Positions 18,769-28,902 of a stretch of 64,000 bases of DNA are shown here, in pieces. This DNA is from Chromatiales bacterium (GTDB lineage Bacteria; Pseudomonadota; Gammaproteobacteria; CAMYNG01), in the NCBI GenBank assembly GCA_027005735.1, contig JALTLF010000085.1, positions 1,927 to 65,926 on the forward strand. Direction: 5' to 3'. The notes below the pieces were generated by a model. The model had not been told where the DNA came from. It was given only the letters and a program-made list of their open reading frames with translations, and did not search any database. The position numbers and the translations under genes were made by a program. How positions within the stretch are numbered: position 1 is the stretch's first letter; every line of letters starts with the position of its first letter.

Positions 18769-19380
18769 CTACCAGCCCAGCCAGCGAGCGATGACCCCGC
18801 GGGCCTCGTCCAGACCGGTGAGCCGGGTGGCGGAGAACAGCTGGGCACTCACGCCGGGCTGATCCGCCACCTCCCGACGCACCCCCAGCAGGGCATTCTG
18901 CGCCGCGCCACGCTTGAGCTTGTCGGCCTTGGTGAGCAGGATATGCACCGGCAGGCCCCGGTGGGCGCAGTACTCCAGCATCCGGGTGTCGAAATCGGTG
19001 AGGGGGTGGCGCACGTCCATGAGCAGGATGAGCCCGCGGAGGGAGTCGCGGCCCTGCAGGTAGTCCTCCATGGCCCGGCCCCAGTCGCGCCTGACGTGCT
19101 CGGGCACGCGTGCGAAGCCATAGCCCGGCAGATCCACCAGCCGCGCCCCACCGTCCAGCTCGAAGAACACCAGGTGCTGGGTGCGGCCGGGCGTCTTGGA
19201 AGTGCGCGCCAGTCCCTTCTGGCCGGTCAGCGCATTGAGGGCGCTGGACTTGCCGGCGTTGGAGCGCCCCGCAAAGGCCACTTCGGCGCCCGTATCGGGG
19301 GGCGCAAGGGCCGGCCGGGGGACGCTTTTGGCGAAGCGCGCGGCACGCAAACGGCGCTCGATTTCTTTACGATTTTCCAT
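18769..19380 (-). CDS. engB: Ribosome biogenesis GTP-binding protein YihA/EngB
   Basis: G1 motif GRSNAGKSS and DLPGYG, with EngB length. Confidence 0.9.
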   Translation of the reverse strand: MENRKEIERRLRAARFAKSVPRPALAPPDTGAEVAFAGRSNAGKSSALNALTGQKGLARTSKTPGRTQHLVFFELDGGARLVDLPGYGFARVPEHVRRDWGRAMEDYLQGRDSLRGLILLMDVRHPLTDFDTRMLEYCAHRGLPVHILLTKADKLKRGAAQNALLGVRREVADQPGVSAQLFSATRLTGLDEARGVIARWLGW

Positions 19381-19433
19381 GTATTTCGATAACTTATGGA
19401 CCTATTAGAATTCTCTTATATCCCATCTGGTCG

Positions 19434-19466
19434 CTTGACCCGCTCGCCAATACAAAGGTATAAATG
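19434..19466 (+). promoter_or_regulatory. Putative sigma70 promoter in the engB / cytochrome c5 divergent region
   Basis: TTGACC - 18 bp - TATAAA, about 125 nt upstream of the cytochrome c5 start. Confidence 0.35.
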
Positions 19467-19591
19467 GACCCCGGATTTTCAGGTGTTTTGGGACAGGAAA
19501 CTTCACCCCGCTGGGGTGGTCGAATGGTAACACGGCGTTTTCCGGCCCCGGAGCAGACAATTCAATTTTTACTCTGTCTCAGGAGATCGCT

Positions 19592-19906
19592 ATGAAAAAG
19601 TTTGTCACGATTGCCTCCGCGCTGGCCCTGATGGCCGCCATGGGTACCGCCCAGGCCGACGGCAAGGCTACCTACACACAGTCCTGCAATGCCTGCCACG
19701 GTAGCGGTGTTGCCGGTGCCCCGAAGTTCGGTGATGCCGCCGCGTGGAAGGATCGCATTGCCAAGGGCAAGGAAACCCTCTACAAGCACGCCATCGAGGG
19801 CTTCAAGGGCAAGACCGGCTTCATGCCGCCCAAGGGTGGCTGGGCCAACCTGACCGACGACCAGGTCAAGGCCGCGGTCGACTACATCATCGCCGGCTCC
19901 CAGTAA
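19592..19906 (+). CDS. Cytochrome c5 (monoheme c-type cytochrome)
   Basis: Signal peptide and a single CNACHG heme motif; 104 aa. Confidence 0.85.
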   Translation: MKKFVTIASALALMAAMGTAQADGKATYTQSCNACHGSGVAGAPKFGDAAAWKDRIAKGKETLYKHAIEGFKGKTGFMPPKGGWANLTDDQVKAAVDYIIAGSQ

Positions 19907-19924
19907 GCGCCGCTGATTTCGGAC

Positions 19925-19964
19925 GGGGTGCGGGTAGGTTTATCCGCACCCTGTTTCGTTTCGG
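19925..19964 (+). terminator. Hairpin plus U-rich tract between the cytochrome c5 and c4 genes (terminator/attenuator)
   Basis: GGGGTGCGG [10-nt loop] CCGCACCC followed by TGTTTCGTTTCGG. Confidence 0.45.
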
Positions 19965-20003
19965 CTTCTCCCTTTTTCATCTTCCATTTCAGGAACGTCC
20001 AAC

Positions 20004-20615
20004 ATGAAAAACCTCATCTTCACGACCGCCCTGCTTGTCTTTCTGGGGCTAAGTCCGTCCGCCATCGCCGCTGGTGACGCCGCCGCGGGCAAGGCCAAAT
20101 CCATGGTCTGCGCGGGCTGCCATGGTCCCGACGGCAATGCCGCCAACCCCGCCTGGCCCAAGCTGGCCGGTCAGCACGCCGCCTACCTGGCCAAGCAACT
20201 CAAGGACTTCAAGGAAGGCAAGACGCGCAAGGATCCCATGATGTCGGGCCAGGCCGCGAGTCTTTCCGAGCAGGACATGCTGGATCTCGCCGCCTACTTC
20301 GCCAGCCAGACCGGCACCATCGGCACCGCCGACGAGAACCTGGTCCAGCTCGGCGGCAACATCTACCGCGGCGGCAACACCACCACCAAGGTGGCCGCCT
20401 GCATGGCCTGCCACGCGCCCAACGGCGCTGGCAACCCGGCTGCCGGCTTCCCGCGCCTGGCCGGCCAGAACGCGGCCTACGTGGCCAAGGCCCTGCGTGA
20501 CTTCCGCTCCGGTGCACGCAGCAACGATGCGGGCAAGATGATGCGCGTCATCGCCGGCCGCATGAGCGACGCCGAGATCGATGCCGTGGCCTCCTACATC
20601 CAGGGCCTGCACTGA
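20004..20615 (+). CDS. cc4: Cytochrome c4 (diheme)
   Basis: Signal peptide and two heme motifs, CAGCHG and CMACHA; 203 aa. Confidence 0.85.
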   Translation: MKNLIFTTALLVFLGLSPSAIAAGDAAAGKAKSMVCAGCHGPDGNAANPAWPKLAGQHAAYLAKQLKDFKEGKTRKDPMMSGQAASLSEQDMLDLAAYFASQTGTIGTADENLVQLGGNIYRGGNTTTKVAACMACHAPNGAGNPAAGFPRLAGQNAAYVAKALRDFRSGARSNDAGKMMRVIAGRMSDAEIDAVASYIQGLH

Positions 20616-20640
20616 GCCGTCGTTCCTTCACGATGCAATG

Positions 20641-20668
20641 AAAAAGGCGGCCAGTGGCCGCCTTTTTC
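20641..20668. terminator. Bidirectional rho-independent terminator
   Basis: AAAAAGGCGGCCAgtGGCCGCCTTTTT: a perfect stem with an A-run before and a T-run after. Confidence 0.7.
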
Positions 20669-20687
20669 TATTCAGTAGCGAGGTTCG

Positions 20688-20833
20688 AGTGGCGAGTGAC
20701 GAGGATCGGATCCCCTCACCCCGCCCTCTCCCTGCGGGAGAGGGGGCCACTTTTCATTTTTCTGCGCTTTCCCGGCAAAAGCAGGTTTCGCGAGCCGGTT
20801 TTCCTCGCCACTCCATCCTCGTAGCTCGCCACT
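20688..20833. repeat. ~22-bp imperfect inverted repeat bracketing the second hairpin
   Basis: AGTGGCGAGTGACGAGGATCGG at 20688-20709 pairs with the reverse complement of CCATCCTCGTAGCTCGCCACT at 20813-20833. Confidence 0.4.
20724..20761 (+). terminator. Second GC-rich hairpin with a T-rich tail
   Basis: CCCTCTCCC tgc GGGAGAGGG, then CCACTTTTCATTTTTCTG. Confidence 0.45.
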
Positions 20834-20837
20834 GGTT

Positions 20838-23588
20838 TCAATGCGCCTCGTCCCAGTTGGCGCCGACGCCAATGTCCACCACCAGCGGCACGGCGAGTTG
20901 CGCCGCGCCGGTCATGGCCTCGCGCAGGAGATCGCGCACCGCCTCGAGGGCATCCTCGTCCACTTCCAGAACCAGTTCGTCGTGCACCTGCATGATCATG
21001 CGTGCCTCCAGGCCACTGTCGCACAGGCGGCGATCCACTTCGATCATGGCGCGCTTGATGATATCCGCGGCGGTACCCTGCATGGGGGCATTGATGGCGG
21101 TACGCTCGGCGTACTGGCGGCGCGGCACGTTGCTGGAATTGATCTCCGGCAGGTACAGGCGCCGGCCGAAGACCGTCTCCACGTAACCCTGCTCGCGCGC
21201 CTGTTGCCGGGTGCGGTCCATGTAGTCGCGCACCCCGGGATAGCGCTCGAAATAACGGTCCACGTACTGCTGCGCCTCGCCGCGTCCGATGCCGAGCTGC
21301 TTCGCCAGGCCGAAGGCCGACATGCCGTAGATGAGCCCGAAGTTGATGGCCTTGGCCGAGCGCCGTTGCTCGCCGGTGACTTCCTCCGGCGCCACGCCGA
21401 ACACCTCCGCCGCGGTGGCGCGATGAATATCCTCACCGCGGGCGAAGGCATCGAGCAGGCCCCGGTCGCCGGACAGGTGCGCCATGATGCGCAACTCGAT
21501 CTGGGAGTAGTCCGCCGCCATGATGCGCGCGCCCGCCGGCGCGACGAAGGCCTGGCGTATGCGTCGCCCCTCCTCGGTACGCACCGGGATGTTCTGCAGG
21601 TTGGGATCCGAGGATGACAGACGCCCGGTGGCCGCCACCGCCTGGTGATAGGACGTATGCACGCGGCCGGTGCGCGGGTTGATCATCTGCGGCAGCTTGT
21701 CGGTATAGGTGGACCTGAGCTTGGCCAGCGAGCGGTGTTGCAGGATCAGTTGCGGCAGTTCATGGCCCTGCTCGGCCAGCTCCTGCAACACCGATTCCGC
21801 CGTGGAGGCCTGCCCCTTCGGCGTCCTGCTCACCACCGGCAGTTTCAGCCTGTCGAAGAGGATGACCTGCAACTGCTTCGGCGAACCGAGATTGAATTCC
21901 TCGCCGGCAATGGCGAAGGCCTGTTGCTCCAGCGCGTGGATGCGTTGTTCCAGTTCGCGGCTCTGTTGCGCCAGCATGTCGCTGTCGATGAGCACGCCGT
22001 TGCGTTCCATGCGCGAGAGCACCGGCACAAGCGGCATCTCGATATCGCGGAACACCGATACCAGCCCCGGATGTTGCTGCAACTGGGGCCACAACACCTG
22101 GTGCAGGCGCAGGGTGATGTCGGCATCCTCGGCGGCGTAGGGCGCCGCCTGCTCGATGGCCACCTCGTTGAAGCTCAGCTGCTTGGCACCCTTGCCGGCG
22201 ATGTCCTCGTAGTGAATGTTGTCGTGGGTGAGATACTTCAGAGCCAGCGAATCCATGTCGTGGCGCGAAGCGGTGGAATCGAGCACGTAGGATTCCAGCA
22301 TGGTGTCGTAGGCGATACCGCGCAGCTCGATGCCGTAGCGCGCCAGCACGCTCATGTCGTATTTCAGATTCTGTCCCACCTTCTGGCGCTCGGCGTCTTC
22401 GAGCAGCGGACGCAGCCTGTCCAGCACCGCCTCGCGCGCCAGTTGCGCCGGCGCGCCGGGATAATCGTGGGCCAGCGGCACGTAGGCGGCATGGCCGGCC
22501 TCCACGGCGAAGGACAGGCCGACGATCTCGGCGGCCATGTAGTCGAGGCTGGTGGTCTCGGTATCGAAGGCAAACAGCGTGGCCTCGCCGAGCCTTTGCA
22601 GCCAGGCATCCAGGTCCGCCATGGAGAAGAGGGTTTCGTAGCGCGTCTCGTCCACCGCCGCGGGCAGGGCGGGATCGTCACTCTCCCCCGCGCCCGCGGC
22701 GATGCCCTCGCCGCGCAGCACCTCCGCCAGCCAGGTCTTGAACTCCATGCGCGCGAAGAGTTCCTTGAGCGCCGCGGCGTCCGGGCGGCCCCGTTGCAGG
22801 GTGTCGGGGCGTACTTCCAGCGGCACGTCGCGGCGAATGGTAACCAGTTCGCGGGAGAGGGGCAGCTGCTCCAGGGCCTCGCGCAGGTAGTCGCCCACCT
22901 TGCCCTTGAACTCGTCGGCATGGGCGATGATGTTGTCGAGATCGCCGTACTTCTGCAGCCACTTCACCGCCGTCTTGGGCCCCACCTTGTTCACCCCGGG
23001 GACGTTGTCCGAGGTGTCGCCGACGAGGGCGAGGTAGTCCACGATGCACTCCGGCGGCACGCCGAACTTCTTCTCCACGCCTTCGCGATCCAGCCAGGTA
23101 TCGTCCATGGTATTGAGCAGACTGACGTGATCGGTGACCAGTTGCGCCATGTCCTTGTCGCCGGTGGAGATGATGGTCTCCATGCCCATGGCGTCGGCCT
23201 GGGTGGCCAGCGTGCCGATGACGTCGTCGGCCTCGACGCCCTCCACGCACAACAACGGCAGGCCCATGGCCCGCACGATGGCGTGGATGTCCTCGATCTG
23301 CGCCGCGAGATCCTCGGGCATGGGCGGGCGGTTGGCCTTGTAATCGGGATAGAGCTCGTTGCGAAAGGTGGGACCCTTGGCATCGAAGACCACGGCGATG
23401 TGCTCGGGATCGTAGTCCTTGAGCAGGCGGCGCAGCATGTTGACCACGCCGTAAACCGCGCCAAGGTGCTCGCCCCGGGAATTGCGCAGGTTGGGCATGG
23501 CATGGTAGGCGCGATACAGGTAGGAAGAACCGTCCACCAGGATCAGGGGCCTGTCGCCGTGTTTGTCGTCGTTCTTGCTCTTGCTCAT
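20838..23588 (-). CDS. polA: DNA polymerase I
   Basis: 916 aa with a 5'-3' exonuclease domain, a 3'-5' exonuclease domain and a PolA polymerase domain. Start at MSKSKNDDKHGDRPLILVDGSSYLYRAYHA. Confidence 0.95.
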   Translation of the reverse strand: MSKSKNDDKHGDRPLILVDGSSYLYRAYHAMPNLRNSRGEHLGAVYGVVNMLRRLLKDYDPEHIAVVFDAKGPTFRNELYPDYKANRPPMPEDLAAQIEDIHAIVRAMGLPLLCVEGVEADDVIGTLATQADAMGMETIISTGDKDMAQLVTDHVSLLNTMDDTWLDREGVEKKFGVPPECIVDYLALVGDTSDNVPGVNKVGPKTAVKWLQKYGDLDNIIAHADEFKGKVGDYLREALEQLPLSRELVTIRRDVPLEVRPDTLQRGRPDAAALKELFARMEFKTWLAEVLRGEGIAAGAGESDDPALPAAVDETRYETLFSMADLDAWLQRLGEATLFAFDTETTSLDYMAAEIVGLSFAVEAGHAAYVPLAHDYPGAPAQLAREAVLDRLRPLLEDAERQKVGQNLKYDMSVLARYGIELRGIAYDTMLESYVLDSTASRHDMDSLALKYLTHDNIHYEDIAGKGAKQLSFNEVAIEQAAPYAAEDADITLRLHQVLWPQLQQHPGLVSVFRDIEMPLVPVLSRMERNGVLIDSDMLAQQSRELEQRIHALEQQAFAIAGEEFNLGSPKQLQVILFDRLKLPVVSRTPKGQASTAESVLQELAEQGHELPQLILQHRSLAKLRSTYTDKLPQMINPRTGRVHTSYHQAVAATGRLSSSDPNLQNIPVRTEEGRRIRQAFVAPAGARIMAADYSQIELRIMAHLSGDRGLLDAFARGEDIHRATAAEVFGVAPEEVTGEQRRSAKAINFGLIYGMSAFGLAKQLGIGRGEAQQYVDRYFERYPGVRDYMDRTRQQAREQGYVETVFGRRLYLPEINSSNVPRRQYAERTAINAPMQGTAADIIKRAMIEVDRRLCDSGLEARMIMQVHDELVLEVDEDALEAVRDLLREAMTGAAQLAVPLVVDIGVGANWDEAH

Positions 23589-23737
23589 GCTTGCCGTCGT
23601 CCGGGACCGTGGTTTTGCCAGGGGGCGCCCATTATCGCCCAGTTTTACGCCCGTTGCCGATTTTCCGCTCCCCGCGCTGTGCGGGACCGCCGACCCGGCC
23701 ACTTACCAAAGTCCGCCAAAAACGCTACCCTTGCCCC

Positions 23738-24463
23738 ATGGACGACAAGACCAGGTTCGAACATCCCGGCTTTCTGCCCGTCAACGATGCCATGCTCACG
23801 CGCGAGTCGTGGAAGATCTTCCAGATCATGGCGGAATTCGTCGAGGGCTTCGAGCGCCTCGCGCGCATCAAGCCCTCGGTGAGTATCTTCGGCTCGGCGC
23901 GCACGGGCCCCGAGCACCCCTGGTACCGGCTCACGGTGGACATCGCCCGCGCCCTCTCCGATGCCGGTTTCTCGGTGGTCAGCGGCGGCGGACCGGGGAT
24001 CATGGAGGCGGCCAACAAGGGCGCGCAGGAGGGCAAGTCCCTGAGCATCGGCCTCAACATCCAGCTACCCCACGAGCAGTCCAGCAATCCCTACCAGGAC
24101 ATCGGCCTGAACTTCCGCCACTTCTTCTCGCGCAAGGTGATGTTCGTCAAGTACGCCGCCGCCTACGTGGTCATGCCCGGCGGCTTCGGCACCCTCGACG
24201 AACTGGCGGAGATCCTCACCCTGGTGCAGACCGGCAAGACCCGGCGCATCCCCATCATCCTGGTGCATGCGCCCTTCTGGCAGGGGCTGGTGGACTGGCT
24301 GCGCGACACCCTGGTGCCGGAGGGCACCATCGATGCCGCCGATCTCGACCTGTTCCGCATTCTCGACACCCCCGATGCCGTCATCGAGGCCATTTTCGAC
24401 CACTATGAACAACGCGGATTCGAGCCTTCCGAGGAAGAAACCCGTATCATGCTCGATCTGTAG
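23738..24463 (+). CDS. LOG family protein (TIGR00730 Rossmann-fold nucleotide-binding)
   Basis: Motifs IFGSARTG and MPGGFGTLDE. Start at MDDKTRF. Confidence 0.8.
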   Translation: MDDKTRFEHPGFLPVNDAMLTRESWKIFQIMAEFVEGFERLARIKPSVSIFGSARTGPEHPWYRLTVDIARALSDAGFSVVSGGGPGIMEAANKGAQEGKSLSIGLNIQLPHEQSSNPYQDIGLNFRHFFSRKVMFVKYAAAYVVMPGGFGTLDELAEILTLVQTGKTRRIPIILVHAPFWQGLVDWLRDTLVPEGTIDAADLDLFRILDTPDAVIEAIFDHYEQRGFEPSEEETRIMLDL

Positions 24464-24487
24464 CCACCGCCCGCAAGCGAGTCACCC

Positions 24488-24925
24488 ATGTACCCACGCC
24501 CGTTCCTGTTTTCCGCCCTTCTCTGCCTCGCCACGGCCGTCAACGCGGCCGAGACCCCCGCCACGGAGCCCGGCGTGGCCGAGCTGCCGCCTCCGCCGCA
24601 GCCGGCGGCCGCCGCCACGGAGGACGCCGCCGGCGCACCCGCCGCCAGCGTGCCGGGGGGCGATCCCGGGGTGGCCGCCGCCCCCGACGGGGAGGAGGCG
24701 CCCCAGCCGGAGCTCAGCGGCGAGCCCGAGGTCACCATCGTCCACCGCGAAGGCGCCACCATCGAGGAATACCGCGTCGGCGGCCAGCTGCGCTATGCGA
24801 AGATCATCCCCAGCCGGGGCGCGCCCTACTACATGTTCGACTCCGACGGCGACGGCATGCTGGATACCCGCTGGAATGATCTGGATAATCCCCCCATCAA
24901 CCAGTGGATCCTGAAACGCTGGTAG
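24488..24925 (+). CDS. Secreted DUF2782-like protein
   Basis: Signal peptide, a Pro/Ala-rich linker and a conserved C-terminal block. Same position next to polA/thrB as in Pseudomonas. Confidence 0.5.
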   Translation: MYPRPFLFSALLCLATAVNAAETPATEPGVAELPPPPQPAAAATEDAAGAPAASVPGGDPGVAAAPDGEEAPQPELSGEPEVTIVHREGATIEEYRVGGQLRYAKIIPSRGAPYYMFDSDGDGMLDTRWNDLDNPPINQWILKRW

Positions 24926-24968
24926 GCGGCAGGCCGCCACAGGCACACGATATACCCCACGGATTTCC

Positions 24969-25934
24969 ATGTCGGTCTACACCACAATCGAGCGCGACGA
25001 GCTCGTGGACTTTCTTCGCCGCTTCGAACTCGGCGAGCTGGTGGACTTCGCCGGCATCAGCGCCGGCATCGAAAACACCAACTACTTCGTCACCACCACC
25101 AGCGGTGAGTACGTCCTTACCATCTTCGAGGAGCTCACCGCCGGGGAGCTGCCCTTCTTCCTCGATCTCATGGCCTTTCTCGCCGAGCACGGCGTACCCA
25201 GCGCCCACCCGCTGGCCGACCGCCAGGGCCGCTACCTGCAAACCCTCAAGGACAAGCCCGCGGCCCTGGTGCAACGCCTGCGCGGACACAACATCGAGAC
25301 CCCCGCGCCCGCCCATTGCGCCGCCATTGGCGGCGCGCTGGGGACCATGCACCGCCAGATCGGCGCCTTCGAAAGCCGACGCCCCAATCCGCGCGGCCCG
25401 GCTTGGCGACGCGAGACGGCAAAACGCGTCCTGCCCCGCCTCGGCGAGGCGGAGGCGGCGCTGCTGCGTGCGGAACTGGACTTCGAGGCCCGCTTCCGCC
25501 TCGATGATCTGCCGCGCGGCGTGATCCACGCCGATCTGTTCCGCGACAACGCCCTCTTCGAGGGTGAGGAACTCACCGGCATCATCGACTTCTACTACGC
25601 CTGCGAGGACGCCCTGCTCTACGACCTCGCGGTGACGGTCAACGACTGGTGCACCCGCGAGGACGGCGAGCTGGACGAGACGCGGGTGACGGCCATGCTG
25701 GCGGCCTACGCCGCCGAGCGGCCCTTCACGGCGCTGGAGGCCGGTGCCTGGCCGGTGGCGCTGCGCGCCGCCGCCCTGCGCTTCTGGCTCTCGCGCCTGC
25801 AGGACAAGCTCTTTCCCCGCGGCGGCGCCATCACCCACATCAAGGATCCGGCCTACTTCCAGCGCATCCTCGCCCGCCACGTGGCGCGCCACGACCACCG
25901 CGACCACGTGGAACGTCTGCTGGCCACGCCCTGA
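24969..25934 (+). CDS. thrB: Homoserine kinase, type II (Pseudomonas-type ThrB)
   Basis: Aminoglycoside-phosphotransferase-like fold (VIHADLFRDN). 321 aa, adjacent to polA as in Pseudomonas. Confidence 0.8.
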   Translation: MSVYTTIERDELVDFLRRFELGELVDFAGISAGIENTNYFVTTTSGEYVLTIFEELTAGELPFFLDLMAFLAEHGVPSAHPLADRQGRYLQTLKDKPAALVQRLRGHNIETPAPAHCAAIGGALGTMHRQIGAFESRRPNPRGPAWRRETAKRVLPRLGEAEAALLRAELDFEARFRLDDLPRGVIHADLFRDNALFEGEELTGIIDFYYACEDALLYDLAVTVNDWCTREDGELDETRVTAMLAAYAAERPFTALEAGAWPVALRAAALRFWLSRLQDKLFPRGGAITHIKDPAYFQRILARHVARHDHRDHVERLLATP

Positions 25935-26167
25935 GGCCGCCCCGCCCTGTGGATAAGTTTGTGGATTATCTGCGCGCCCGGCACCGGGACCGCCCGCCGG
26001 TACGCGCCCGCTGCCGCCCCAGAGGCGTGTTTCGCTTTTAAAACAGCGTAAAATCAGTAAGTTATATTGTTTTTACCGTGTCAAACGGCATCTCGGGTCA
26101 TATATCAGTAATAAGGTATTGATTTACAATGCCTGTGCATAAACCCGGGGCGCCGCCCACGGGATTT

Positions 26168-26195
26168 TTCCAACCCACCGGCAGAGCGCTATAAT
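26168..26195 (+). promoter_or_regulatory. Putative sigma70 promoter for dctQM
   Basis: TTCCAA - 16 bp - TATAAT in an AT-rich 200-bp region upstream of dctQ. Confidence 0.35.
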
Positions 26196-26259
26196 CCCGG
26201 CCCGCAAGCAGCCACCAGCATTCCAGCGAGGCGCGCCCTCGCCCCAACCGGATCCCGCC

Positions 26260-26841
26260 ATGGCACAGCCCGAAGACAGCCCCGCCGTCCTGCCGCCGCC
26301 GGCGCGCTGGGCCCGCGCCCTGAGCCGCCTCAATGCCTGGGTGGGTCGCACCGTGGCCTGGGCAACCCTGCTCATGGTGCTGGTCACCTTCGCCGTGGTG
26401 CTGCTGCGCTACGGCTTCAACACGGGCTTTATCGCCATGCAGGAATCCATCACCTGGCTGCATGCCATGGTCTTCCTGCTCGGCGCCGCGTGGACCCTGG
26501 GCGAGGACGGCCATGTGCGCGTGGACATCTTCTACCGGCGCATGTCGCCGCGCCGGCGGCACTGGGTGGATCTCCTCGGCTCCCTGTTCCTGCTCATGCC
26601 CATGAGCCTGTTCATCCTCGTGGTGAGCTGGGACTACGTGGCCGCCTCCTGGGCCCTCGACGAGGCCTCCCCCGAGGCCGGCGGCCTGCCGGGAGTGTGG
26701 CTCCTCAAGACGCTGCTGCTGGTTATGCCCCTGCTGGTGCTCCTGCAGGGACTCGCCCAGGTGTTCACCAGCGTGCTGGTGCTGCGCGGCCGCCTGCCCG
26801 CCGAGGAAAGACATCACGACGTGGGCGAGGAGGTCATCTAG
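26260..26841 (+). CDS. dctQ: TRAP transporter small permease (DctQ family)
   Basis: Four-TM small protein directly upstream of the DctM-family gene. Confidence 0.8.
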   Translation: MAQPEDSPAVLPPPARWARALSRLNAWVGRTVAWATLLMVLVTFAVVLLRYGFNTGFIAMQESITWLHAMVFLLGAAWTLGEDGHVRVDIFYRRMSPRRRHWVDLLGSLFLLMPMSLFILVVSWDYVAASWALDEASPEAGGLPGVWLLKTLLLVMPLLVLLQGLAQVFTSVLVLRGRLPAEERHHDVGEEVI

Positions 26842-26844
26842 CCC

Positions 26845-28410
26845 GTGGAATGGCTCGCCCTGGTGATGTTCCTCACCCTGTGCCTGGTGCTGCTGGCCGG
26901 TTTCCCGGTGGCCTTCACCCTCGGCGGCACGGCACTGGCCTTCGCGCTCATCGGCTACGGCCTGGACGGTTTCGATGCCGCCTTTCTCGACGCCACGCCC
27001 AACCGCCTCTACGGCATCATGACCAACGCCACCCTCATCGCGGTGCCGCTGTTCGTCTTCATGGGGGTGATGCTGGAGCGCTCGCGTATCGCCGAGAACC
27101 TGCTCGACACCATGGCCATGCTCTTCGGCCCCCTGCGCGGCGGCCTGGGGATCTCGGTGACGGTGGTGGGCATGCTGCTCGCCGCCAGCACCGGCATCGT
27201 CGGCGCCACGGTGGTCACCATGGGACTGCTGTCCCTGCCCACCATGCTGCGCCGCGGCTACGACCCGGCAGTGTCCGCCGGCACCATCTGCGCCTCGGGC
27301 ACGCTGGGCCAGATCATCCCGCCCTCCATCGTGCTGGTGCTGCTCGGCGACGTGCTCGCCTCGGCCTACCAGCAGGCGCAACTGGACCAGGGGATCTTCG
27401 CTCCCGAGACGGTCTCCGTGGGCGATCTCTTCGTCGGCGCCCTCATCCCCGGTCTCCTGCTGGTGGCCCTCTACATCGGCTGGTTGATCCTCGTCGCCTG
27501 GCGCCGCCCGGACGCCCTGCCGGCGCTGCCCGCCGGCGAGCGCCGCGAACGCGGCCGCGCCCTGTTGCGCCGCGCCCTGCTGGTACTGCTGCCGCCGCTC
27601 TCGCTCATCGTCGCGGTACTGGGCTCCATCATGATGGGCGTGGCAACCCCCACCGAGGCAGCCTCGGTGGGTGCGGTGGGCGCCATGCTGCTGACCTACT
27701 TCACCGATCCGCGCCACAGCCAGTGGTTCTGGCGACGCTTCCGCTATCCCTTCTTCGCCGGCCTCCTGCTGTGGCTGGCGGCGCTGGCCGGCTGGACGGG
27801 TCCACTCGGCGCCGTGCACGTCTTCCTGCTGCTCGCCGGCCTCGCGCTGGGCTTGATGGCGGCGGGCTTTCTCCGCCTCGGCCGCCACGACAAGCTCAGG
27901 CTCGCCGTGTTGCGCGAGGTGGCCGAGTCCACCACCCGCGTCACCGCCATGGTGTTCGTGATTTTCATCGGCGCGGCGCTGTTCTCGCTGGTCTTCCGCG
28001 GCTTCGGCGGCGACGATCTCGTCCGGGATTTCCTCGGCGACATGCCGGGGGGCGTGGTCACCGCCATGATCCTGGTGATGCTGTTGATGTTCCTGCTGGG
28101 TTTCATTCTCGACTTCATCGAGATCACCTTCGTGGTGGTGCCCATCGTCGCGCCCATCCTGCTGGCCATGGGACTCGACCCGGTGTGGCTGGGGATCATG
28201 ATCGCCATCAACCTGCAGACCTCCTTCCTCACCCCGCCGTTTGGTTTCGCGCTGTTCTACCTGCGCGGCGTGGCACCAAAGGAGGTCACCACCGCGCAGA
28301 TCTACCGCGGCGTGATGCCCTTCATCGCCATCCAGGTGCTGGCGCTGATCCTCCTCGCCCTGTGGCCGGAGCTGGCCACCTGGCTGCCCGAACAATTCTA
28401 TGGGGGATAG
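26845..28410 (+). CDS. dctM: TRAP transporter large permease (DctM family)
   Basis: 521-aa polytopic permease with DctM-like sequence. Confidence 0.85.
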   Translation: MEWLALVMFLTLCLVLLAGFPVAFTLGGTALAFALIGYGLDGFDAAFLDATPNRLYGIMTNATLIAVPLFVFMGVMLERSRIAENLLDTMAMLFGPLRGGLGISVTVVGMLLAASTGIVGATVVTMGLLSLPTMLRRGYDPAVSAGTICASGTLGQIIPPSIVLVLLGDVLASAYQQAQLDQGIFAPETVSVGDLFVGALIPGLLLVALYIGWLILVAWRRPDALPALPAGERRERGRALLRRALLVLLPPLSLIVAVLGSIMMGVATPTEAASVGAVGAMLLTYFTDPRHSQWFWRRFRYPFFAGLLLWLAALAGWTGPLGAVHVFLLLAGLALGLMAAGFLRLGRHDKLRLAVLREVAESTTRVTAMVFVIFIGAALFSLVFRGFGGDDLVRDFLGDMPGGVVTAMILVMLLMFLLGFILDFIEITFVVVPIVAPILLAMGLDPVWLGIMIAINLQTSFLTPPFGFALFYLRGVAPKEVTTAQIYRGVMPFIAIQVLALILLALWPELATWLPEQFYGG

Positions 28411-28415
28411 CGGTG

Positions 28416-28793
28416 ATGGATGAGAATGAATGGCGCAAAAAGCTCACCCCGGCGCAATATCACGTCTGCCGGGAGCGCGGCACCGAGCCGCCCTTCAGCG
28501 GCGAGTACCTCGACGACAAGGGCGACGGCATCTACCAGTGTGCCTGTTGCGGCGCCGATCTGTTCGATTCCCGCGCCAAGTTCGATTCGGGCAGCGGCTG
28601 GCCGAGCTTCCATGCCACGCTGAACAACGACAACGTGGCGGAGGAAGTGGATCTCAGCCACGGCATGCGCCGGGTGGAAGTCCACTGCCGCCGTTGCGGC
28701 TGTCACCTCGGCCACGTCTTCCCCGACGGGCCCGAACCCACCGGCCTGCGCTACTGTATCAACTCCCTGTCGCTGCAGCGGCGCGCACGTTGA
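28416..28793 (+). CDS. msrB: Peptide methionine sulfoxide reductase MsrB
   Basis: Two CxxC zinc motifs ([16 protein letters not shown]), the RYCINS catalytic Cys, and the SelR fold. 5 nt after the dctM stop. Confidence 0.9.
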   Translation: MDENEWRKKLTPAQYHVCRERGTEPPFSGEYLDDKGDGIYQCACCGADLFDSRAKFDSGSGWPSFHATLNNDNVAEEVDLSHGMRRVEVHCRRCGCHLGHVFPDGPEPTGLRYCINSLSLQRRAR

Positions 28794-28902
28794 ATACCTC
28801 ACCCGTTTCCGGGTTATACTTATATCGCACCCCCCCGATATAAAAAGCACCCCGGGCGCGCCCGGCGGCTTTGTCGATCAACAATAGTGAGGAGTCCCAG
28901 CG

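Noticed and set aside
20671-20700. tRNA-like T-loop sequence GGTTCGAGT near the polA 3' end
   Set aside because: The flanking bases do not form a T-stem, and no acceptor, D or anticodon arms can be folded. It is not a tRNA gene; at most a remnant.
26098-28395. 765-aa antisense ORF opposite dctQM, and many other long antisense or alternative-frame ORFs (for example 1178-2200 minus, 3483-4622 minus, 8011-8880 plus, 8699-10483 plus, 21645-23882 plus, 44398-46893 plus, 53300-55690 minus, 55572-57197 minus, 57037-58770 minus)
   Set aside because: Their translations are low-complexity and rich in Arg, Gly, Ala, Pro, His, Gln and Asp, typical of stop-poor antisense frames in ~68% GC DNA. The opposite strand carries recognisable conserved proteins in every case.
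28851-28880. Palindrome CCGGGCGCGCCCGG after msrB as a terminator
   Set aside because: It is a perfect 14-bp palindrome but has only a weak T tract (CGGCTTTGTC). I am not confident it is an intrinsic terminator, so it is left unannotated.
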